The notes below the pieces were generated by a model. The model worked only from the letters and a program-made list of their open reading frames with translations. It had not been told where the DNA came from and searched no databases. Source: Babesia bigemina (lineage: Eukaryota). From it: a stretch of 64,000 bases of DNA. The translations under genes were made by a program, and so were the position numbers. Positions 54,952 to 64,000 of this stretch are shown in pieces. How positions within the stretch are numbered: the first letter of the stretch is position 1; every line of letters starts with the position of its first letter. The stretch covers positions 1,178,001 to 1,242,000 of the forward strand of contig NC_027218.1 of assembly GCF_000981445.1 (NCBI RefSeq). Reading direction: 5' to 3'.

Positions 54952-57605
54952 CTAGTCCACGCTCAGCACCTGACGGCGTACAATCTTGCGGCGACAGATG
55001 GGGCAAACGGCAAAGCTCTCGGCACACCTGCAAAAACTGAGCAGGATGGGCTGGAAACGTACACGCTACAGAAGTTGAAGTGGCCGCAAGGGTTCAAAAG
55101 ACAGTTGATGCGCCTGCAAAGTATTGTGGGCCAGCCCAGTCGACCTACTTCTCAAAACAAACTACACAATTCAATTTCGCCTGCAAATCTATGTTCAGTT
55201 CGCGCTCCAGCTCCAGCTCATGGCGCGCCTTCTCGTACAGATCGAACAGCGAATCCAGCTTCTGCTGTTGCTTGCGCAGCTGGTAGCGCAGCCCCTCGAG
55301 GCTGTCGGGGTCGCACTCCCCGTTCATGTGCCCCCTCTCGAGCCTGGGGTGCGTGTTGGGGAACTTATTTATCTCAGCCGCGTATTCACTTAGGCTCTGG
55401 AGCTGCATTTCGAGCGGGTTGGGCGGCGTGCCCTTGAAGGGTTTGTCGGGGTCGCGCCTCTTGGGGCAGAACAGGCAGTCGGCCAGCGTCGTCTGCAGGT
55501 TCTGCCGGTCGCTCAGGCTCTTGTTGAGCAGCCCGTGGCGCTCCACGATCATCACCAGGGCGACCCACAGATGCCACGGCAGCAGCGAGAGGCGGCGCAC
55601 GTCGTTGCTGTCAAGCTCGACGACGTCCTCATCGTCCTGGTAGATGCAGACCACCTTGTACAACGGCTCCTTCGTGTTCAGCTCCTTCACAACACCAATG
55701 TAGTCGGAGGGGTCGCTGCCGTCGGAGTCCAGCGGGTCCCTGAACTCGCACACGTCCCCGGCCTGCAGCACGTTGCCGCTGGTCGAGAGGTCGAGCCCCG
55801 TGATGGTCTCCACGTTGACGGCGCACTCGGTGGCCAGGTGGCTCAGGTCCTTCGGGAAGTAGACGTCGCTGTTACGCCGGTTGCTGGACTCGGTCAGCTC
55901 ATCAAGCATCTTGGTGATGAAGTCGTGCTCCTTGCTCGAGAGAAGGCCCGGCTCGACCTGGGCGGTCTTCTTGGAGGCCGCCGGGGTCTTGGTGCCAGTG
56001 GCCGCGACCGGTGTTGACGGCGGCGCAACACGCTCCAATTTGTCCGGAGTCTCCGTCACAACCTTGGCCGGGGCACTCGCCTGTTCCGCCGAGGGGAACA
56101 TGACCTCCAGGGTGCGGTGGTTGTCCGACTTCATTACCTTGCTGACCGGGGTATGGATACCGTAGTGGTCGGAGTTGGGCAGTGGCGTGCGCTTTTCGCT
56201 CCCCTGTTTGCTGAGGTTGGAGATGGGCGTGTGGTAAATCTGGTCGCCCGACAAGAGCGGCCCGGGGGGGGCACCGCCTGCGCGACATTAACGTGGGCGG
56301 CACCGAAATAAACCTACCGCCATAAGTGACGGAATTAGACGCGGAATCAACCGGGCACCCCATATGCAGAGGCCAGCACGTCGACGACGGCGGGCCGGAA
56401 TAATAGGGGGTGTCGCAAGGTCCCACGCTGTGCCTGAGGCTGACGGGATTGTCCACGTCAGTGCACAGGGAAGTCAGGGGGTCCACTCCCGACTGGATCA
56501 TCGACGAAATAGAATCCGGCTTCGGCGCAGCGGACGTTGTGCCGATTATTGGCAGCTGTATGGGCCTCGCGTTCAGCTCCTTCGACAGCTGGTTGAAGTA
56601 GTTGACTCCAAAAAGCGACCGCAGGAAGTTCGTGTTGACGCCCCCGCCATACAAAAACGCCGACTCCGGCTGGATGAGCCTGCACGGGACGCGGTCCACC
56701 TCCTGGTTGTCGTACTCCACCACAAATATCATGTCGATGGGGTTCACCCGCAGCACCTTCGCCGGCCAGAACCGCCCGGAGAAGGCGCTGCGCTTCTCGT
56801 CCGAGGTGGCGGGCCACCAGACGCGCACCCGGCAGCCGACTAGGCGGTTCATGAGGAGCGTGCTCTTGACGTAGTCGAGGAACTGGACGTTGGAGTCGCG
56901 CTGCGGCGGGGTGCCCACATCGGCGTATCCCATGTGGTCCTTGCGCGTCTTGGAGGGGGGGTCGCGCAACGAGACCCGCACGTTCTTCGGGATTTCCTCG
57001 CAGCTGGCCAGGTCGATGCCCTCTATGGCGTCCAGCGAGATCGGGCAGACGTTGGTGGTGAGCCTTGCGACGAGCTGGTCGAGCACCTGGTTGCGGATGG
57101 AGCAGTTGGAGAGCTTCAGCACGCGGATGTCGCTGCACTTGATTAGATCCATCAACGGCTGCATGAAGACGCTGTCGGACAGGATGTTCTCCGAAAGGTC
57201 CAGAACCTCGACGTGGGCGGTGATGGCCGGCAGCAGCTGCGCCACGAACTTGGAGCCGAAGCGGCACCTCAACGACAACTCGAGCAGGGATTCGCTGTGC
57301 GCCATTAACACGCGAGTTATTAAGTCAATGAGCTCGGGATCGCCGTTCGACCACAGGTCAATGTGCAGTACCTCAAGTTTGTTACTGACTAACGCGAGTT
57401 CCTGCAATATATGCACGAATATTGTGTGGTGCGCAGGATCGATAATGTTAACGATGCGCACAGCCCCGCCACGCAGGAAGTCTGCAAGGCCTTCCACCGA
57501 CTTCTTGTCCTTAACGTAGGAAAGACTGAGGGTGGCGTTGTCGCCCCGGAACATCCTCTGCAGGGAGGCGGGGACGGGGCTCGGCACTGCATGCGACGGG
57601 ACCAT
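54952..57605 (-). CDS. LRR + Tudor/SH3-like + coiled-coil + C-terminal RING protein (putative E3 ligase), multi-exon
   Basis: LDLSEN and LKLSNC LRRs, and LVGCRVRVWWP...FWPAKV...VEYDNQE. An intron near 56280-56320 joins the two ORFs. Two short introns rebuild CVVCFEKRINCLLNPCGHFNFCSVCAESFAVCPICR. Confidence 0.78.
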
Positions 57606-58544
57606 CGTGAGCGCCCGGTAGCTTGCTCTCTCGTCAAACGTAGACTACACGCAGCGTTTCGCGCAACAGGGGGGACAAATGCAACGCAGCCCGATCGGGG
57701 CCGAGGTCTGCCCGGCAAGCGGGACGGTTGGCTACCAGACTATGCGTCGACCGACGGCCGCAGTTTTCACGCAAGCCTCCTCAAATTGCTCGACATCAGA
57801 TGAGTGCAGATCGCCTTTGCCACTTACGGCGCACAACCAGCATCCCGATAAGCTGCGACACCATGCTACGTGACCCGGACGACGAGTGGCCGCGCAACAG
57901 TGCTCTAGCGGACGGCCGATAACAGTTTCCTCAACTTAAGACGCTGTCAGAAACGCAGGCATGCACTGACCGATGTGCTTCGCGGACTCGGTCAGAGGCG
58001 ACAGCTGGAACCTCGCCTACAATAGCGCCACCAAAAAGGAGTTTATTAATGACGCAACAAGCACATGCCACTGCCGATGTGGCGGGTGCGCGTTAGCGGG
58101 AGGCGTCGGTGGTGAGCCGAGCGGGCGCCCGCGACAGAGGCCGGCTTGGACGCGTGGAGCACACACGATCCGAATCACAGCAAAACAGCCCACAAAGGAG
58201 ACCACACACCCCTCAAAAGCGTCGTGCACAGCGCAATTGCCCGTGACGCGTCACACCCAGCGCCGCATGGGGGACGCGTCAGCTCCTGACAGTGTGTCGG
58301 CGCCTACGGCGGCACAAACGCGCGTTTGAGGGACTAACGAGGCGCATTTTAATCTGCTATAACCCGCCCAAGGCTACGACGTGGTGGCGCTCAGGTGAGT
58401 GCGGGGCCGCTGGACGGTGGCTACGCGTACGTGATGATTGTTTGTGGTCCCGATCGGCGTTATTTGACCGCCGCGTGAGGCTTGATAATGGAGTAGATTT
58501 CAATCTGACGCGACACTCGCACTCACATCGTGCAGCACGTCACC

Positions 58545-58787
58545 ATGGTCGTCCCGGCCCACTGGTTTTTCAAGCTGTCTATTGCGAAGGACCGCGTTAG
58601 GTTTCTGCGGCTCTACGCGACGTTCGGACTGGGCGTCGGGCTGCTGATCGGACTCTCGGCGCACCACCCGAAGTATACCAGCGAGCCCTTCAAGCCGTCC
58701 ATGTTGTACCGCCTGCACCTCAAGAGGCTGCTCTGGTCCGGCAAAATCACGCAGGAACAGCACGACAAGTACCTTCACTACCAGTAA
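58545..58787 (+). CDS. Small (80 aa) single-TM hypothetical protein
   Basis: ACCATGG start context, GC3-rich codons, TM LYATFGLGVGLLIGLSA and an upstream intron-like GTGAGT..TGCAG. Confidence 0.6.
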   Translation: MVVPAHWFFKLSIAKDRVRFLRLYATFGLGVGLLIGLSAHHPKYTSEPFKPSMLYRLHLKRLLWSGKITQEQHDKYLHYQ

Positions 58788-58974
58788 TATTCAGATTTGT
58801 ACATGCGTGTCGCGAAAAATCGGTTTTGTGGGTGCTTGCTTCATTGATGGGACACATGCACCACTCATCGCCTCCGGCGGTTCATCCGGTCCATGGGCTG
58901 CGGGATCCCGGCGATGGCCACCTTGGGGCCGCTCTCAAGCGGGCTGCGAGCGGTCAGGTGTGGATGCGGCAAAC

Positions 58975-59433
58975 CTACCCGTAGGAGCGCCTGTTCACGG
59001 TTTCCTGTATCTTCTCTAGGCGTTCACGGCCGATGGTCACGTCGGTGCCCATCTCCTTGCCGGCGGGCATGTAGAACACGAAACGGCGGGTGTTGCGATT
59101 GCGCTGGCGGATTTTGGGCGCCTCCGACCAGTCCTTGTAGGCGTCGGGCTTCGGGCGCTGCGCGGAGTTGCCCAGACACGAAACCGGCTGCGGCCTGCCA
59201 CTTTGGCGGGCGTCCTCCCGCAACAGATGGCGCCTGATATCCCGAAGCTCGTCAGTCGCACGTTTCAGGGTGACGTGGCACGGATTCTTTTTCGCGTTCT
59301 CCGCGCGGATGACGCGCTTGAGCTCCTTCCACCGCGTTTCGTAGTCCCGGTAAGGCGACGTCTGCGCGGAGTCGGACTCGGCCTTGTTGCCCTTCAGTAC
59401 GTCGCGGGACGCGATGAAGTCTAACAGGTCCAT
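58975..59433 (-). CDS. Basic hypothetical protein (3' end may be spliced)
   Basis: Open frame from MDLLDFIASRD with host-like codon usage. Confidence 0.5.
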   Translation of the reverse strand: MDLLDFIASRDVLKGNKAESDSAQTSPYRDYETRWKELKRVIRAENAKKNPCHVTLKRATDELRDIRRHLLREDARQSGRPQPVSCLGNSAQRPKPDAYKDWSEAPKIRQRNRNTRRFVFYMPAGKEMGTDVTIGRERLEKIQETVNRRSYG

Positions 59434-59575
59434 CGCAATTCTATCGATGTGTAACGACGGCGGCGCTGGGCGCGAGCCGCAACGCTCGCACGGCCTCACA
59501 GGTGCAGGCGTGCCACGCGCACAACGATTATTTTCAACTATGTTGGAGCGCCGCGTTGTAGGCGCGCGTATTTGG

Positions 59576-60648
59576 CTATCTGTATTCGGCGGCGTGGATG
59601 TGCATCACATTATGATGTCCGTGGTATCCGTCGCTGGAGAAGGATCCAAGTTCCGGCATCCTGAAACTCACATGCGGGGCCAGTTAAACGCGCCAACGCA
59701 CCTCTGGTACTCCGTCTCCTTGTTTATGTACCGCTGGTTCATATCTAGGTTGCGGAAGAAGGGGCATATGCCCACAATGCCGCCGACCAGAATGCCGATG
59801 ATGGCGCCGACTGCGTAGCGGCGTCAGACAGCTGCCAATTTGTCCACTTACGTGAGATTCCAACTTCGTGGCTCTGCATCATGCTCCCGATTGGCAGACC
59901 CGCGCACATCCCGCCGAACGAGCCGAGCAGGACGCCGCTGCGTGGCAATGTTTCCCGCGCCCTGGGACCTACCGTTTCCCCATCAGCACCGCAGCAACGA
60001 ACAGCGACATCATCGGCCCGGCGAACGCCAAAGTGTTCATCATGCAGAAGCCGAGGAACAGCGACAGCGCGACGCCCAAGCACGCACCGGCTGCTGCCAT
60101 GATGATCATCATGGCGCCGCCGTTCCTGTAGAACGTGGAGCTTGACAGGCCCTGAGCACGGGTGAGCGCGTGCTGAGATTGAGCGGCCGCAGCCGGGCAG
60201 AGCGACTTACGCTGGAGTAAAGGTTGGCAGACACGTAGAGCGCTGCAAAGCAGCATATTAAGTGCAACACCAACATGGTGACGGCGAACACCTTCATCGG
60301 CCAGCAGTGCATCCCGTCGATGCAGAACCCCTCGATCTGATGGCGTGTGGCGGGTTAGGGCCTGTCACGTACCACTTTCATGCCGGTGAGGTTCTCCCTC
60401 TCGAGGTTGTTTCGCATCTTGGTCTGGTTCTGGAGCATCATCTTCCCGGGAGGCCTGGGCCTCTCCGCGCCATGGTAGTCCCCCGGCTCTCCTAGGCCAT
60501 CGACCGTGATTGCGGCGCTCGGGTGCTCAGCGCCGATGTTCACATAGTGCCTCTCCGGCAGGGATGCCACCGGAGGCCAAATGGCGCCCAGGTGGAAGGC
60601 AAGAGTCCACAGTGCTATTATACAGATTCCACGTACGCCTCGCGCCAT
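59576..60648 (-). CDS. Signal-peptide, multi-TM Gly-rich hypothetical protein, multi-exon
   Basis: MARGVRGICIIALWTLAFHLGAIW leader and spliced hydrophobic exons AAAGACLGVALSLFLG, GVLLGSFGGMCAG and GAIIGILVGGIVG. Confidence 0.6.
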
Positions 60649-60980
60649 CGTACATTTTTGTGACTGCCTTTCCGACCAAAGCATACTGGTGTGCCAAAGA
60701 GCGTCGTGCACCTTCGCAGATTCACCGGCGCATCCCACGGCATGACTCACCAATCCACCTGAGGAATTGCATGCCGACGTTATGCGTCGCCAGCTAATAG
60801 CCTAGGTCGGGGTCAGCGGGGACAGGTGTCACCTTCGTTTGCCAACCACAATAAAGCAGCGCTACCAACGCAATAGGCAAACAACCGGCGCACGCAGACA
60901 CCGCCACCAGACAGTGCAGCGAAACTAGGTGCAAAGTGCGTATCTAGACATCGTTACGATAGCTGTTGCAGGGTGGCGAG

Positions 60981-63900
60981 CTAGTGGAAGAAGTAGGCCG
61001 ATTGGCGCACCAAGTCCAGGTCCAGCTGACCACGCCTCGGCGGCGGAGGGATGACCACCTCCCCGCGCAGCCGCTTGATGCAGCTGTGGTACAGGTTCTC
61101 CAAAATGGGCTCGCGGTACATGTTCACGAACTGCTCTCGGATGGCGACGTTCATCACGTCAACGTCGCAGGCGTGCGTCCAGTAGCTGTCGTGCACCGCC
61201 GCGAAGCTCAGCCCGACCTTGAGCAGCGACTCCGCAGTTAACATGAGGTGCGACGCGTCGAGCGAGTGGACGAAGTTGGGTGGGAACGCCAACTTCTGAC
61301 GGCGCTTGTCAACGACGCTATGCGCCTGCTCAGACACGTTGATGGCCTGAATGGGCGTGCGCACCACCTTGGTCACGGCCTTGCAATACGGCTGCTCGCA
61401 CGGCAAGCCTATGGGGCTTATCCAGGTCACAGGCACGTTGAGCCTGTTGTGAGCCGCGGAGATGTCGTCCAGCCACTTCTTGATCGCCATGGCCTCCGCA
61501 AACACGGTGTTTATGGAACCCAGGACCTTGCCAGCTATGTACCCGGCCAAATTGTGCACTGTATGCGGGTCCAGGGACTCCAGTGTGCTCAGTTCCTTCA
61601 ATCTGGCCTCGATTTGCGCCACGGCGCCGGTTCGGGTCACCCCGTAGCAGATGGTCATGACCGTCTGCTTCACGATCTTACGACGCAGTATCCCGTGCTC
61701 CAAGCACAACCGCGCCATCCGCGATTTGGAGTTCACCGGGTCATTAGCAGAGCCAGGCGTGGATGAGTACTCCGCACGCACCTTGGCGATGACCTCCAGA
61801 AGCACTTGGTGGTACACGTCCTGCGGCCGATCGCTGGGCGTGAGGTTGACGGCGGCGCCGCCGTTCAGGTCCCTGCCGAGCGCGGCGTAGTGCTGCAGCC
61901 CGTTACAGCTGCCGTCCTGGTGGATGGGAACATCGCTCAAGTGGCCGTGGGGGTTGCCGGAGCCCAGGGCGGCCACGTAGTCGATGGCTGTGGCGTAGAA
62001 CTGGAACGGGCACTCCGCACGCTGCCAGAATGACTGCGACACTTCCGAAAAGGGGGCGCGCACGAGCTGCTGGATGACGCCGGTGTTGCGCTCGACCCAC
62101 TCCACACGCTCAGAGAACGGCACCTTGTCCATACCATACAGGTTGCTCAGGTGTACCTTCAACCAGTAGAAACCGCGCTCACCCAGCGGCCGCTTCTCGG
62201 CAAACTTCAGCAACGCACGGCACACGTCGTCCGCCATGTGGTTGAGGTGAGGCGATAGGGGGTACATCCGCCCCCTGAAGTCGATGTTCTGCGGGAAGTA
62301 GATGCGCGGCTCCAGGAGGAAGTCTTCAGCCACGCGCAGCCTCCTCTCGAACAGCGAGCACTCGGACAGAGCATTCGCGCGCTCCATGGTGCTGACGGCA
62401 GTTTCCGATTCGTCCTCGATGAGGGACTTGTCGGGCAGAAACGAACGCACGGGGAGCAACGTGTCCGTCGTCCACAGCGTCCGGAGCACCGTGAACACGT
62501 CCCCGTTGACCTTCCAGGGGACGCGGCCGAAAGCGCTCACCACGTTTAGCACCCTCGAAAGGTCGTACACTCTGACGTCGAACGTGGGTCTGCTTTGCGT
62601 GCGGATGAAGTAGTGCTTCAGAAGCGCAAGGCCCCCAGAGGACACCGACGTCCACGGCTTGGGCTCGCAGACCATGGGCAGGCAGCTCAAATTCACCAAA
62701 CCCCGGGCCACCGCATCTCTCAGGTGGATCATGCAACACTCCCGCATTTCCAAAACGCCATAGACCTTCACGCCATGACGGTGGACCTTGTGCGCGAAAG
62801 CGGCGATCTCCACCTTGCCGGCGTCGAACCGCGACTGGCGGATGCGGCTGATGGCCTTGTTCAGCCACTTGCGCTTCTTTTTGGCTATGGCAGTGTGATC
62901 CGATTCTGCGTTGTGGACGTCCGGGAGCAGCATCGACGTGTCGAGTTCGGCGAACGAGTTCGTCTGCCGCAGAGCAGTGGTCAAATCCACCTGGACGTAG
63001 CACGACTGCACGAGCGCGTGCAACAGGTAGCCTCCAACCGCCGCACTTTGTTTGCTGTTCCACTGCTTCTGGTCGTCGGTCAGGGTGCCGTCGCTGTGCA
63101 GCTGGGGAGTTGGCTCCATCACACCGGTCGCGGTATTGGACATGACACGCGCCTTCGATGCCCCTGAAAATGCCGATGCCGTAAGTGAGCTCAGACTCGC
63201 CGTTAACAATTTAGGGATGTCGAAAACGGTGCCGACGCCACGGCTTAAACCTCCCGTGGTAGCGTCGGAGGTGCTGGAGTGGGTGGTAACTGCAGTCTCG
63301 GGACTCCGGGGGACATCGAATTTGGGTTCCGATTTGGCATGCGCTTCAGGCGGCTTACTAGATGCCAGTTTTCGCGCATACATACGGCCTATTTCGTCGC
63401 CCAGGCGAATCGCCGCATGAGCCAGAAGCACCTGGTTCCCAGCGGTCTGTTGGGGCCGACGACGCAACAGACCGCCCCTTTGCCCTTTGGAGTTATACGC
63501 ATATGCCGGGAAACACATCAGCTGGAGCGCGATGTTCACAGTAGCCCTCGCCAGCGTCTGGTCGTCTAGGTTCGACGGCAGCACCGAGTCGGTCAGCTTG
63601 AGCCTGTCCAGCTTTATGAACTCCGCTATGTCCTGCACCCACTGCTCGCACGTTTGGCTGAGAGCGGGCAGTTGCGATGGTTTCTCCAGCTCCATGAGGC
63701 TCGAAGCCTCCACACGGGCCGTTTCCAAAGCCTCGGCAAAACTTTGCCGTTCGATCAGAACCTGCCGCTTGTAGTTCACGTAGTTTGGACCAACGCAATC
63801 CACCCTAGCATCCTCACCCTCCGCAGCGCACTCCATCTTATCGCACGTATCCGCAGGTTGCTCCTTGGTGCCATTTAGCGCATTCTCAAGGGGCTCCACT

Positions 63901-64000
63901 GCCCGGTCAACGGGAGGGCGCTTGAGCAGCGGGAGGTGCTGGTGCCGATAGAGGGCCGCCTTTTGTGCCTCGATGAACTTGGGCGAAAACAGGTCCCTGA
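60981..64000 (-). CDS. POLRMT: Mitochondrial single-subunit (T7-like) RNA polymerase, 5' end beyond the window
   Basis: DFRGRMYP, DGSCNGLQHY, RKIVKQTVMTICYG, FPPNFVHSLDASH, VHDSYWTH and YFFH. The frame is open to the window edge. Confidence 0.95.
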   Translation of the reverse strand, partial: RDLFSPKFIEAQKAALYRHQHLPLLKRPPVDRAVEPLENALNGTKEQPADTCDKMECAAEGEDARVDCVGPNYVNYKRQVLIERQSFAEALETARVEASSLMELEKPSQLPALSQTCEQWVQDIAEFIKLDRLKLTDSVLPSNLDDQTLARATVNIALQLMCFPAYAYNSKGQRGGLLRRRPQQTAGNQVLLAHAAIRLGDEIGRMYARKLASSKPPEAHAKSEPKFDVPRSPETAVTTHSSTSDATTGGLSRGVGTVFDIPKLLTASLSSLTASAFSGASKARVMSNTATGVMEPTPQLHSDGTLTDDQKQWNSKQSAAVGGYLLHALVQSCYVQVDLTTALRQTNSFAELDTSMLLPDVHNAESDHTAIAKKKRKWLNKAISRIRQSRFDAGKVEIAAFAHKVHRHGVKVYGVLEMRECCMIHLRDAVARGLVNLSCLPMVCEPKPWTSVSSGGLALLKHYFIRTQSRPTFDVRVYDLSRVLNVVSAFGRVPWKVNGDVFTVLRTLWTTDTLLPVRSFLPDKSLIEDESETAVSTMERANALSECSLFERRLRVAEDFLLEPRIYFPQNIDFRGRMYPLSPHLNHMADDVCRALLKFAEKRPLGERGFYWLKVHLSNLYGMDKVPFSERVEWVERNTGVIQQLVRAPFSEVSQSFWQRAECPFQFYATAIDYVAALGSGNPHGHLSDVPIHQDGSCNGLQHYAALGRDLNGGAAVNLTPSDRPQDVYHQVLLEVIAKVRAEYSSTPGSANDPVNSKSRMARLCLEHGILRRKIVKQTVMTICYGVTRTGAVAQIEARLKELSTLESLDPHTVHNLAGYIAGKVLGSINTVFAEAMAIKKWLDDISAAHNRLNVPVTWISPIGLPCEQPYCKAVTKVVRTPIQAINVSEQAHSVVDKRRQKLAFPPNFVHSLDASHLMLTAESLLKVGLSFAAVHDSYWTHACDVDVMNVAIREQFVNMYREPILENLYHSCIKRLRGEVVIPPPPRRGQLDLDLVRQSAYFFH

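Noticed and set aside
44380..63878. Many overlapping antisense or alternate-frame ORFs in the ORF track
   Set aside because: Expected shadows of GC3-rich coding genes on the other strand.
60981..64000. Phage T7-like RNA polymerase as a sign of a viral insertion
   Set aside because: No other viral genes are present, codon style matches the neighbours, and eukaryotes normally encode this enzyme for mitochondria.

Overview
Gene-dense eukaryotic DNA with very short GT-AG introns (about 30-40 nt), from a piroplasm. It is Babesia sensu stricto, and B. bigemina-like by inference from the ves protein termini. Blocks of housekeeping genes (maspardin-like hydrolase, NOP9, LCMT1, SSRP1, RPL10A, CTU2, a CAMK-type kinase, two WD40 genes including RRP9, an IKS1-like kinase, a C2/CEP76-like protein, MnmG, eIF1, SNF7, an LRR-Tudor-RING protein and the mitochondrial RNA polymerase) are interrupted by variant-antigen islands at 1-5.4 kb and about 22-42.2 kb. 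The islands have a repeated cassette: a conserved ~1.14-kb upstream element, a single-exon ves1-like gene, a conserved ~0.8-kb spacer, and a small Cys-rich single-TM gene with a spliced 5' leader. Two cassettes face each other as a large inverted repeat. They share a 163-bp perfectly identical tract and enclose an orphan ves fragment. Exon boundaries and product names come from manual reading and motif recall; no database searches were run.
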